A stretch of 64,000 nucleotides of DNA from Candidatus Saccharimonadales bacterium (GTDB lineage: Bacteria; Patescibacteriota; Saccharimonadia; Saccharimonadales; UBA10212). Below, piece after piece: positions 39,909 to 49,031 of this stretch. Position 1 is the first letter of the stretch, and the number at the start of each line of letters is the position of its first letter. Location of the stretch: contig DATIHL010000011.1 in NCBI GenBank assembly GCA_035480715.1, positions 14,722-78,721 on the forward strand. Reading direction: 5' to 3'. The notes beneath the pieces are model-generated. The model made no database searches. It was not told the origin of the DNA and worked only from the letters and a program-made list of their open reading frames with translations. The translations under genes were made by a program, and so were the position numbers.

Positions 39909-40478
39909 ATGGTTGGAGTAGATGAGGTTGGCAGAGGGTGCTTGGCTGGCCCGCTTTTGGTAGTTGCCGCTAGAGCTAAGACAGAACTGCCAAGCGGCTT
40001 GCGTGATTCAAAATTACTGAGTCGAAAACAAAGACTCGAAGTACTTGAGCGGTTAAGTAACTGCTGCGATTTTGCCGAAGGCTGGGTCAAAGCTGTAGAG
40101 ATAGATAACTACGGTTTGTCCAAAGCCTTAAGATTGGGAGTCAAAAGAGCACTAAATGGTTTAAGAACCGATACGGCAGAAGAAATCATTATGGACGGAA
40201 AAGTTAGCTACATACCAAAAAAGTTTATAAAAGCTCGCACACTTATTGATGCTGATAATCTAATCCCGGTTGTCTCGGCCGCCAGTGTTTATGCCAAAGT
40301 TACACGCGATAATTATATGTTTGAGCTAGCCAAAAAACATCCAAACTACAAATTTCAAAATCATGTAGGCTATGGCACTGCAGAACATTTAAAAGCTCTT
40401 AGTTCTTTTGGAGTCATAAAATTCGTCCACCGTTCGTCTTTTATGCCAGTCTCTAAGATGATGAGCGGGATAAGATGA
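39909..40478 (+). CDS. rnhB: Ribonuclease HII
   Basis: GVDEVGRGCLAGP, DSK, AASVYAKVTRD, GYGT, HRSSF. Confidence 0.95.
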   Translation: MVGVDEVGRGCLAGPLLVVAARAKTELPSGLRDSKLLSRKQRLEVLERLSNCCDFAEGWVKAVEIDNYGLSKALRLGVKRALNGLRTDTAEEIIMDGKVSYIPKKFIKARTLIDADNLIPVVSAASVYAKVTRDNYMFELAKKHPNYKFQNHVGYGTAEHLKALSSFGVIKFVHRSSFMPVSKMMSGIR

Positions 40479-40816
40479 AAACGACTTCTATAGGAAGATC
40501 TGCTGAAGCCGCAGTTGCTGATTATCTTAAACAAAATGGCTTTACGATTCTTGATAAAAATTGGCGAACACGCTGGTGCGAGATCGATGTAATCGCCAAA
40601 AAAGATAACGCAGTTTATTTTATCGAGGTTAAATATCGAGCCAGTGAATCGCAAGGAAGCGGTTTTGAATACATCGGCCCAAATAAGCTGCGGCAGTTAA
40701 CCTTTGCGTCAAACTTTTGGACTACACAGAATAATTGGAATGATGACTATCGAATAATCGGAGCTGAGGTTACCGGACTCAACTTCGAGAATATTGAATT
40801 AATCGAAATCAACTGA
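40475..40816 (+). CDS. yraN: YraN family endonuclease-like protein
   Basis: GRSAE, NWR, EIDVI, FIEVKYR; conserved rplS-rnhB-yraN order. Confidence 0.9.
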   Translation: MKTTSIGRSAEAAVADYLKQNGFTILDKNWRTRWCEIDVIAKKDNAVYFIEVKYRASESQGSGFEYIGPNKLRQLTFASNFWTTQNNWNDDYRIIGAEVTGLNFENIELIEIN

Positions 40817-40841
40817 CAATTTTTCGTATATAATTTAACAG

Positions 40842-42053
40842 ATGAGTTATAAACCGACGGAGGAAATCCTTGAGAAATATGCCAAAGTACTGGTCAATTT
40901 CGCCTTGGGGAGCGGAAAGGGTATTAAAACGGGAGACGTAGTTCTTTTACAAGCTCCCTTATCAGCCCTGCCTTTTTACCGTGCACTGCGCAAAGAGATT
41001 ATCGACTCTGGCGGAATAACCATTGGTAACTTGGGCGATGACATGAGTGGTGCAGCTAAGTACTTTTATGATCATGCCACTCACCAACAAATGACAACTT
41101 TTTTAGATAAATATATGAAGGGCTTAGTTGACCAAGTTGATCATCGTATTGCCGTAATCGCTGACCATGACGTGCATGAACTCGATAAGGTAGATCCAAA
41201 GAAAATGATGCTGGTCCAAAAAACCAATAAGCCGGCTGCGGATTGGTTTAATAAAAAAGAGAACAAAGGACTTTACACTTGGACGTTAGCGCTTTACGGT
41301 ACTCCGTCGATGGCAAAGCAAGCTGGTTTGCCCCTCGATGACTACTGGCAGCAGATAATCAATGCCTGTTATCTGGACCAAGCAGATCCTATTGCCAGAT
41401 GGAAAGCCGTATCAAAAGAGGTTGAACGAGTAGCCGCCAAGCTAAGCGATTTAAGAATAAAGGACCTTCACGTTAAAGGCAAAGATGCTGACTTGAAAAT
41501 TACATTAGGTGAAAAAAGGCGTTGGTTGGGCGGTAGCGGCCGTAATATACCAAGCTTTGAAGTCTTTACTTCGCCCGATTGGCGTGGAACAGAAGGCTGG
41601 ATTCGCTTCAATCAGCCACTTTACTACTACGGCCCTAAGGTTGAAGGCATCGAGCTACACTTTGAAAAAGGCAGGGTTGTAAAATCATCGGCTAAAAAAC
41701 GCGAGGATCTTTTAACTGCTATGTTGAGCGCGGATGAAGGAGCAACCCAAATTGGCGAATTTTCATTAACTGATAAGCGGCTATCCAGAATCACAAAACT
41801 TATGGCCGAGACTCTCTATGACGAAAATATTGGTGGCCCATTCGGCAATAGCCACATAGCAGTCGGGAAGTCATATCATGATACGTTTGCAGGCGATGCT
41901 GGAAGCATGTCCGAGTCGGCCTTTAAGAAACTTGGCTATAACGAGTCGGCTATCCATGTCGATATGATCACGACTACCGATAGGACTGTTACTGCCACGC
42001 TAGCTGGTGGCAGCCAAAAAGTCATTTATAAAAACGGCCAATTTATTGTTTGA
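40842..42053 (+). CDS. M29 family aminopeptidase (AmpS/AmpT-like)
   Basis: NIPSFEVFTSP, IGEF, LYDEN, HIAVG, SAIHVD. Confidence 0.92.
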   Translation: MSYKPTEEILEKYAKVLVNFALGSGKGIKTGDVVLLQAPLSALPFYRALRKEIIDSGGITIGNLGDDMSGAAKYFYDHATHQQMTTFLDKYMKGLVDQVDHRIAVIADHDVHELDKVDPKKMMLVQKTNKPAADWFNKKENKGLYTWTLALYGTPSMAKQAGLPLDDYWQQIINACYLDQADPIARWKAVSKEVERVAAKLSDLRIKDLHVKGKDADLKITLGEKRRWLGGSGRNIPSFEVFTSPDWRGTEGWIRFNQPLYYYGPKVEGIELHFEKGRVVKSSAKKREDLLTAMLSADEGATQIGEFSLTDKRLSRITKLMAETLYDENIGGPFGNSHIAVGKSYHDTFAGDAGSMSESAFKKLGYNESAIHVDMITTTDRTVTATLAGGSQKVIYKNGQFIV

Positions 42054-42483
42054 TTTCAAAAAAAGCCTTAGCCCACGCCTCTGGCTCATCAATAGAGGGC
42101 AGGAGTTCGCGGCTGGGGTTTTTATTGCCGTCTCTTAGTTTTTTTAGCTCGGCGATATTTTCTTCGCTGAGTCTGTATTCCAGAACCACCTCATATTCAC
42201 CAGGATATAAAATCTGTTTGGTGTGAATACGAACTTCCTGAAAAGTCGGTAGATAGTTGATTCTAATTATTTCATGTTCTAGCGGACCTTTTTTAGTCTT
42301 ATGGATAATTTTGGCGTTTGTGATTCTGATACTCTTCTGATGCAAAGATATACGTTTGCTTGGCGGAGCCATCTTTCTGCCTGTAATATGGAGTTTAGCT
42401 ACTAAGTTTGATGATTTTTTATTGGACGTAAATTCAAGAGTATATTTTATTGGATGAAATTGGGTTAAAAGGAGGGACTGCAT
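42043..42483 (-). CDS. Short protein resembling only the N-terminal beta domain of M1 aminopeptidases
   Basis: FHPIKYTL, ISLHQKSIRI, SRELLPSIDEPE-KAFF (compare ARRAFPCFDEP-KATF); no GAMEN or HEXXH. Confidence 0.6.
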   Translation of the reverse strand: MQSLLLTQFHPIKYTLEFTSNKKSSNLVAKLHITGRKMAPPSKRISLHQKSIRITNAKIIHKTKKGPLEHEIIRINYLPTFQEVRIHTKQILYPGEYEVVLEYRLSEENIAELKKLRDGNKNPSRELLPSIDEPEAWAKAFFEIKQ

Positions 42484-42504
42484 CGTTTGTTAATTGTAGC
42501 AAGG

Positions 42505-42533
42505 TTGCATTTTTTGAACATTTAAGGTAGAAT
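42505..42533 (+). promoter_or_regulatory. nusA promoter TTGCAT-N17-TAGAAT
   Basis: Near-consensus hexamers with 17-bp spacing. Confidence 0.6.
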
Positions 42534-42545
42534 TTGTAGCAGTTG

Positions 42546-42569
42546 TCCGGCCGACAGGTCGGATTTTTT
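42546..42569 (+). terminator. Terminator/attenuator hairpin in the nusA leader
   Basis: TCCGGCC-GACA-GGTCGGA followed by TTTTTT, between the promoter and the nusA SD. Confidence 0.7.
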
Positions 42570-42598
42570 CATGCCTAAAATTATAGAGAGGAAATAAA

Positions 42599-43849
42599 AT
42601 GGAAATGGATTTTAAACAATTAGCTCAAGCAATCAAGGTTATTGCTGAAGAAAAAAACCTGCCCGAAGACCAGGTGCAGGATATCGTACAACAGGCCTTA
42701 GCAGCTGCCTGGCGCCGCGATTATGGTGACCGCGACCAAGAAGTCCGCGTGACTATGAATCTCAACACAGGCGAGGTAACTGCTTATGTTACTAAAGAAG
42801 TAGTTGATAAAGTGGAAGATCCGCGAACACAGATTAATCTGGGCGAGGCCCAAGCCGTACGGAAAAATGTCAAAGTCGGCGAAACAGTAGAAGTTATTCA
42901 AAAAATCGAAGAATTTGGCCGTGTAGCTGCTCAGACTGCTAAGCAAGTAATACTACAGCGGCTGCGTGAGGCTGAGCGCGAAATTGTTTTGACCGAGTTT
43001 GAGGACAAAGTTGGCACGATCGTGAACGGCATCGTTAGTCGGGTTGAAGGCCGGCTGGTGCGGGTTGAACTCGGCCGCGCCCAGGGCATTATGCCAGTCA
43101 GTGAGCAAATCCAAGGCGAGCGATACTATCCCGGGCAGCGCCTAAAATTTTTCTTAAAAGAAGTCGAAAAAAGCTTTCGTGGCCCGCAGTTGATAGTTAG
43201 TCGCGGTAGCAAAGAATTCGTCGAGCAGCTATTTAGGGCAGAAGTGCCAGAAATGAGCGGCGACGCTGTAGAAATAAAAGATATCGCCCGCGAGGCTGGA
43301 GTCCGTTCTAAAATTGCCGTTGCCAGCAATGTGCAAGGAGTTGATCCTGTTGGCACATTTGTCGGCGGTCACGGCACGCGCATCAATGCCGTTAGGGACG
43401 AAATTGGCAGCCAAGAGATGATAGATATCGTAGTTTGGGCTGAAGATCCGGAAACATATATCGCCAATGCCATGAAGCCGGCCAACGTCACCACGGTCAA
43501 AATCGATTCTAAGGTCCAGAAGGCCACAGTAATAGTTCCAGAAGACCAGCTAAGTATTGCCATTGGTAAGTCAGGCCAGAACGTTCGTTTGGCTGGAAAA
43601 CTGACCGGGCATGAACTCGACATAGAGGCCGAAAAGGGTGCCGAGACCCAAGAGAAACCAGCAGAGGCACTGGTTGAAAATCCGGTGAAGGAGGAGGCAG
43701 CTCCCTCAAGTGTCGAATCTAAACCGGTAGTGCAAAAAATCAAGAAAAAATCCGAGCTTGAAAGTTCGCTACTGGAAGCCATCGAGGAACACGGTACTGA
43801 TACTGAAGGTCAGGTTAAGGCCGAAACCACAGATCAAAAAGAGCAATAG
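42599..43849 (+). CDS. nusA: Transcription termination/antitermination factor NusA
   Basis: FGRVAAQTAKQVI, S1 domain, AREAGVRSKIAV, LSIAIGKSGQNVRLA; acidic tail. Confidence 0.97.
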   Translation: MEMDFKQLAQAIKVIAEEKNLPEDQVQDIVQQALAAAWRRDYGDRDQEVRVTMNLNTGEVTAYVTKEVVDKVEDPRTQINLGEAQAVRKNVKVGETVEVIQKIEEFGRVAAQTAKQVILQRLREAEREIVLTEFEDKVGTIVNGIVSRVEGRLVRVELGRAQGIMPVSEQIQGERYYPGQRLKFFLKEVEKSFRGPQLIVSRGSKEFVEQLFRAEVPEMSGDAVEIKDIAREAGVRSKIAVASNVQGVDPVGTFVGGHGTRINAVRDEIGSQEMIDIVVWAEDPETYIANAMKPANVTTVKIDSKVQKATVIVPEDQLSIAIGKSGQNVRLAGKLTGHELDIEAEKGAETQEKPAEALVENPVKEEAAPSSVESKPVVQKIKKKSELESSLLEAIEEHGTDTEGQVKAETTDQKEQ

Positions 43850-43870
43850 AACGACCAAGGCCTAAATTAA

Positions 43871-43897
43871 TTGGCACTCTTGACTTGAGAGTGCCAG
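43871..43897 (+). promoter_or_regulatory. CIRCE (HrcA operator) upstream of clpC
   Basis: TTGGCACTC-TTGACTTGA-GAGTGCCAG; extended -10 TGtTATAAT at 43902-43910. Confidence 0.85.
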
Positions 43898-43978
43898 TTG
43901 CTGTTATAATATAACTAACGCCTTTCTAGTGAAAGACGTTACAGTCAAATCTAAGGTTGGAGGGTAAATATTAAATAG

Positions 43979-46471
43979 ATGATTCCAAATTCACCTGACT
44001 TTCAAGAATTTTTGAGCCATTTAACCAACAATGCGCTACATAGCCTAAAGCATGCGGATGCAATTGCGCGCGCTTCTGGCAGTGCCTACATAGGCACTGA
44101 GCACTTGCTACTGGGTGTGCTGGCTCAAGATGGTTCTATGGGTGCTAAAATATTGGAAGGGGCTGGAGTTAATCTGGATAGGGCCCGTTTGGCCTTAAAT
44201 CTGACACCTAAAACTCTTGTTATTAACATGGGTGGTAAGGGTCTTTCCGAAACCGCCAAGTTAACGCTTAAAATGGCCTGGGAAATTGCCCAAGAATTTA
44301 ATCAAGATTACTGCGGCACTGAGCACGTTTTATATAGTATTCTAAGTCAAAAGAACGCCCGTGCAACTACTCTTTTGCGTGATATGGGTGTTGATATTGA
44401 CCGTTTGTCTTCAGAGGTCGAACAATTCTTGAACCGTCAGCAGTTCGAAGAAGAGGATCGAACGGCTACAGGCGGTCGGCGCCGAGGCAAAAATGCCCGT
44501 AAAACGACACTGGAATTCTTCGGCACTGATTTAACAGAATTGGCGCGCAAAGGTAAGTTGGATCCAGTGGTTGGCCGAGAACCCCAGATCCGCCGCGTAA
44601 TTACCATCCTGAACCGCCGTACCAAGAATAATCCAGTACTGATCGGCGAGCCTGGTGTTGGCAAGACAGCTATTGTAGAGGGTATTGCCCAGAGAATTAT
44701 TAACGAAGAGGTACCTGACAGTTTATTGGATAAGCGCATTATTACATTAGACCTTGCTGGCATGATTGCCGGCACCAAATACCGTGGTGAATTTGAGGAC
44801 CGCCTTAAAAAAGTTATTGCCGAGCTGGAACAAGACAAGAATGCCATTGTCTTTGTAGACGAGCTGCATTTGATTGTCGGCGCTGGTGCGGCCGAGGGCT
44901 CTATGGACGCTGGCAATATCCTTAAACCGAGTTTAGCTCGGGGCAAAATTCGCTTAATAGGCGCAACTACAACTGATGAGTACACGCGCTACGTAGAGAA
45001 GGATGCAGCACTAGAGCGCCGCTTCCAACCAGTTCAAGTACCAGAGTCCACACCGCCCGAGACATTTGCTATTCTGAAAGGCCTTAGAAAATATTATGAG
45101 GAATTCCACGGCGTTAAGGTCGAGGATGAAGTACTGGAAGACACTGTTCAGTTTGCCCGGCGCTATATAAACGACCGCTTTATGCCGGATAAGGCCATCG
45201 ATCTTTTAGATGAAACCGCCGCTTATTTACGGGTAAACAAAGGTAAAACGCCCCCTGAGCTACGCCAGTTGCAGAAAGAACTAAAACTGGTAAACACGCG
45301 TATCGATGACGCAGTTGATGCTGAGGATTATGAAAAAGCTGCCCGCGAAAAGCAGGCTGCTAGCCAGCTGAACGACAAAATCAAAGAGCTGGAAAAGACT
45401 CATAAAACCGGCAAACCAATTACCCTCACATCCGACGATGTGGCCGAAACAGTTGCCCGCATTACGGGTGTACCTGTTACAAAAGTAATTCGTTCCGAGG
45501 CTAAATATTTGGTTAATCTAGAGAAAAATATTGGTAAGTACGTTATTGGCCAGGACGAAGCAGTCGAGACTGTGGCTCGTGCCGTGCGCCGTTCGCGCAG
45601 TGGTATTGCCTCGGAAAAAAGGCCCATTGGCTCGTTTGTATTCTTAGGTCCCACCGGCGTGGGCAAGACAGAGCTAGCTCGAGTCTTGGCGCGCGAATTC
45701 TTCGGGTCCCAAGAGACCCTAGTGAAGATAGATATGAGTGAATTTGCCGAACATCATACGGTTGCCAGGCTCGTTGGTGCGCCAGCGGGCTACGTCGGCT
45801 ACGACGATGGGGGCCAGCTAACAGATAGAATTCGTCGTCAGCCTTACAGTGTTGTCCTTTTTGACGAGATTGAAAAAGCCCACCCGGAGGTCTTTAATGT
45901 TCTGCTGCAAATCCTAGAAGACGGTGTATTGAGTGACGCCAAAGGCCGCAAAATCGACTTTACCAATACTATTATCATAATGACTAGCAATATTGGGGCT
46001 GAAAAACTGCAGAAAGAAGCTAGCTTTGGCTTCTCGGCTAACAAACCAGCTGATCTTAATAGCTTGGACGAGCTTCACGCTAGCAATAAATCGAAAGTCT
46101 TAGACGAACTGAAGAAAATGATGCGGCCGGAGCTGCTAAATCGTCTTGATAAAATTATCGTCTTTCGTGCTTTGACCAAAAAAGACGCTCTAAAAATCTT
46201 GGATTTGCAACTAGACGATCTACGAAGCCGACTTGTTAAAAAAGGTATTGGTCTTGAAGTTAGTAAGTCAGCCAAAGAACACCTTCTAGAGAACGGCTAT
46301 GACGCACTCAATGGTGCTCGACCTATGCGCCGATTGCTGCAAGAAACACTAGAGGATGCGATCGCCGCTGGGCTATTAGACGAAAGTTATCATAAAGGCG
46401 ATGTGGTTTCGGTGGGCGTTAAAAAGAGCACTAAAGAGCCGGAATTAACATATGCGGCCGCTGGCGAGTAA
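43979..46471 (+). CDS. clpC: ATP-dependent Clp protease ATP-binding subunit ClpC
   Basis: Two Clp-N repeats (GTEHLL, GTEHVL), GEPGVGKT, UVR-type M domain, GPTGVGKT, FGF ClpP-docking loop. Confidence 0.95.
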   Translation: MIPNSPDFQEFLSHLTNNALHSLKHADAIARASGSAYIGTEHLLLGVLAQDGSMGAKILEGAGVNLDRARLALNLTPKTLVINMGGKGLSETAKLTLKMAWEIAQEFNQDYCGTEHVLYSILSQKNARATTLLRDMGVDIDRLSSEVEQFLNRQQFEEEDRTATGGRRRGKNARKTTLEFFGTDLTELARKGKLDPVVGREPQIRRVITILNRRTKNNPVLIGEPGVGKTAIVEGIAQRIINEEVPDSLLDKRIITLDLAGMIAGTKYRGEFEDRLKKVIAELEQDKNAIVFVDELHLIVGAGAAEGSMDAGNILKPSLARGKIRLIGATTTDEYTRYVEKDAALERRFQPVQVPESTPPETFAILKGLRKYYEEFHGVKVEDEVLEDTVQFARRYINDRFMPDKAIDLLDETAAYLRVNKGKTPPELRQLQKELKLVNTRIDDAVDAEDYEKAAREKQAASQLNDKIKELEKTHKTGKPITLTSDDVAETVARITGVPVTKVIRSEAKYLVNLEKNIGKYVIGQDEAVETVARAVRRSRSGIASEKRPIGSFVFLGPTGVGKTELARVLAREFFGSQETLVKIDMSEFAEHHTVARLVGAPAGYVGYDDGGQLTDRIRRQPYSVVLFDEIEKAHPEVFNVLLQILEDGVLSDAKGRKIDFTNTIIIMTSNIGAEKLQKEASFGFSANKPADLNSLDELHASNKSKVLDELKKMMRPELLNRLDKIIVFRALTKKDALKILDLQLDDLRSRLVKKGIGLEVSKSAKEHLLENGYDALNGARPMRRLLQETLEDAIAAGLLDESYHKGDVVSVGVKKSTKEPELTYAAAGE

Positions 46472-46642
46472 GCCATATCTTCACACCGTACTGACCTGCT
46501 GCCTGGCGTAGCCAGGCACACTGTCAGCGCTCTTGGCGCATTACGGCGTCAGAGCTTCCGTTACTCCCTCACTGTATTTCATATACAGTTTAGTCCGTCA
46601 CTCAGCTCTTCCTTGTACTGCATCCAAGTGTGAAGATATAGC
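46472..46642. repeat. 171-bp inverted-repeat-bounded, multi-hairpin intergenic element (MITE/REP-like or ncRNA)
   Basis: Terminal IRs GCCATATCTTCACAC / GTGTGAAGATATAGC (14/15 match). Internal stems TGCCTGGC/GCCAGGCA, CTGAC/GTCAG, CTTGG/CCAAG, AGAGCT/AGCTCT, ACTGTAT/ATACAGT. Confidence 0.7.
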
Positions 46643-46661
46643 AATTGTTATACTTAAATGT

Positions 46662-47642
46662 ATGAAGTTTTTTAGGGGACTATTAAGTGTAGTCATTCCA
46701 CTGGCTATTCTTGGTGTGCTACTTCTTGGGCTACGTAATTTTCAGGCCGTCAATGACTGGCTTAAACTGAGAAACTACTCACCGCCATCTATTATCGCTA
46801 AATTGGCCACAGAGGATCAGATGACGGAAAAGGCGAAGCATATCTTTTACGTCAATCATCCGCAGTTGGTAAGCAATACCGCCGCCTTCCGCACGGACTG
46901 TACAGTTACCGAGCAGACGATTGTACTAGGCTGTTATCATGGTAACCAAGACGGCATTTTTATCTACAATGTGCAGGACGCTCGGCTCAATGGCGTCTTA
47001 GAAGTTACGGCCGCGCATGAGATGCTCCACGGTGCCTATGACCGTTTAAACTCAAAGGACAGAAATAGCGTAGATCAGATGCTAAATGATTATTACGCGC
47101 ATGACCTGCACGATCAGAGAATACTTGACACCATCAAATCCTATCAAAAGACCGAACCAAATGATGTAGTCAACGAAATGCACTCAGTTTTCGGCACCGA
47201 AGCAGGTAGTCTACCGCCTAAACTCGAAAACTATTACCAGCGCTATTTCGCTAATCGTTCTGCCGTCGTGACTTTTGCCAATAGCTACGAAGACGAATTT
47301 ACCAGCCGAATTGCTAAAATAAATGTCTACGAGCAACAGTTGAACTTGTTAAAGCAAAAGATCGATGCCGAGAAAACTGGTTTGGCTGCACAAGTATCAC
47401 AAATTGAAGCTGATAGGCGGCGATTAGAATCACTGCGTTCTTCGGGGCAGATTAGTCAATATAATTCGTCCGTGGCGTCATTCAACACAGAGGTGGATGC
47501 CTATAATAAAGGGGTTTCGGAACTAAAGAGCGATATCACTCAGTACAACAATTTAGTTGTCGTCCACAACCAATTAGCCACCGAACTACGCAGCTTGTAT
47601 AGCTCGCTGGACACTAGTCTATCTCCTCAAACCGCCCAATAA
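46662..47642 (+). CDS. Exported/membrane-anchored protein with HEXXH zincin-like motif and C-terminal coiled coil
   Basis: Start reassigned to MKFF (TATACT 7 nt upstream); TM/signal segment; VLGCY; AAHEMLHGAY; NEMHS. Confidence 0.75.
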   Translation: MKFFRGLLSVVIPLAILGVLLLGLRNFQAVNDWLKLRNYSPPSIIAKLATEDQMTEKAKHIFYVNHPQLVSNTAAFRTDCTVTEQTIVLGCYHGNQDGIFIYNVQDARLNGVLEVTAAHEMLHGAYDRLNSKDRNSVDQMLNDYYAHDLHDQRILDTIKSYQKTEPNDVVNEMHSVFGTEAGSLPPKLENYYQRYFANRSAVVTFANSYEDEFTSRIAKINVYEQQLNLLKQKIDAEKTGLAAQVSQIEADRRRLESLRSSGQISQYNSSVASFNTEVDAYNKGVSELKSDITQYNNLVVVHNQLATELRSLYSSLDTSLSPQTAQ

Positions 47643-47684
47643 TATTACTTTACGCTACTGACTGCAGGCTGTACGCTATTTGGT

Positions 47685-49031
47685 ATGGCTAAGAGGCTGG
47701 GAGTTAAATACGTTTGCAGCAATTGTGGCGCAATAAGCACCACTTGGACGGGTCGTTGCTCGGTATGTGGTGAGTGGAATACGCTGCAAGAGCAAGTAGA
47801 AATCAGTACCAGGACCGCTGGATCGAGCGGAAATACTTTAAACATAGAATCAGTCTCGAAGGCGGCCAGCACAAAAACTGCGCGCCTTTCAACCAAGATC
47901 TCTGACGTAGACGAAGTACTGGGCGGGGGACTGGTAGCGGGCAGCGTCAATTTATTAGCTGGTCAGCCAGGTATCGGCAAAAGTACGCTGCTGCTGCAGA
48001 TTGCATACAATGTTGCGTCTGGCCACAAGGTTTTATATGTTAGCGGTGAAGAATCAGCACAGCAGATCGCCCTAAGAGCGGAGAGACTTGGCGCACAGTC
48101 CAAATCGCTCCAGCTAGCCGTGTCAACTGTAACGAACGATATTGCGACCACCATCGCTTCAGGCGATTTTGATCTGGTAGTTATGGATTCAGTGCAGTCT
48201 ATCGCCGTTAACGAGATTAGCTCGGCAGCCGGTACAGTCAGCCAAATCACAAATAGCACACAGCTTTTAAGCGCCGCTGCAAAGAAGACAAATACGGCAC
48301 TAGTTCTAGTCGGCCACGTAACAAAAGAGGGTTCGATCGCTGGACCGAAAGTACTCGAACATATAGTAGATGTAGTTTTGCAGCTCGAGGGAGACCGCTA
48401 TGGTGGCTTTAAGATCCTGAGGGCCGCCAAAAACCGCTACGGCGCCACCACAGAAGCCGGAATTTTCGAGATGACAGATCAAGGCATGAAAGCAGTCACT
48501 AATCCTTCCGCTGCTCTTTTGGCAGAGCGGCAGGTCAGCGACGGTTCGATAGTGCACGCCACAATGGAGGGTAGCCGGCCACTCCTGGTAGAGGTTCAGG
48601 CACTGGTAAATCCTACGAGTTATGGTTATCCCAAAAGGACTGCCAGCGGCATAGACCTTAACCGTGTAAATTTATTGATTGCCATGCTAGAACGTCGCAC
48701 AAAGCTAAAACTGGCAGACCGCGATATTTATGTGAATATAGTGGGCGGCATCCGCCTAAGCGAGCCGGCAGCAGATTTGGCTGTCTGTATGGCTATTGCT
48801 TCTGCCAGCAAAGGCATGCAACTAAAGAAGAATGCTGTAGTTTTTGGAGAAGTTGGTTTATCCGGCGAGATTCGTCATGTGCCGTATCTGGAAAAACGCA
48901 TCAATGAAGCTAAAAAACTTGGTTTTGAAGGAGCAATCGGCCCTGTTGTCAGAACCGGCAAAAAGCCGACATTTTTATTGTCGGTTAAGGATGTCAGAAC
49001 TGCCCTTAACACATTTTTAGAAAAGGATTAA
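47685..49031 (+). CDS. radA: DNA repair protein RadA/Sms
   Basis: CSNC…CSVC zinc finger, GQPGIGKST, KNRYG, Lon-like C-terminus. Confidence 0.97.
   Translation: MAKRLGVKYVCSNCGAISTTWTGRCSVCGEWNTLQEQVEISTRTAGSSGNTLNIESVSKAASTKTARLSTKISDVDEVLGGGLVAGSVNLLAGQPGIGKSTLLLQIAYNVASGHKVLYVSGEESAQQIALRAERLGAQSKSLQLAVSTVTNDIATTIASGDFDLVVMDSVQSIAVNEISSAAGTVSQITNSTQLLSAAAKKTNTALVLVGHVTKEGSIAGPKVLEHIVDVVLQLEGDRYGGFKILRAAKNRYGATTEAGIFEMTDQGMKAVTNPSAALLAERQVSDGSIVHATMEGSRPLLVEVQALVNPTSYGYPKRTASGIDLNRVNLLIAMLERRTKLKLADRDIYVNIVGGIRLSEPAADLAVCMAIASASKGMQLKKNAVVFGEVGLSGEIRHVPYLEKRINEAKKLGFEGAIGPVVRTGKKPTFLLSVKDVRTALNTFLEKD

Noticed and set aside
46533-46661. 43-codon N-terminal extension of the ORF at 46533
   Set aside because: It runs through the structured inverted-repeat element. 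The ATG at 46662 has a -10 at the typical distance and begins a signal/TM segment.
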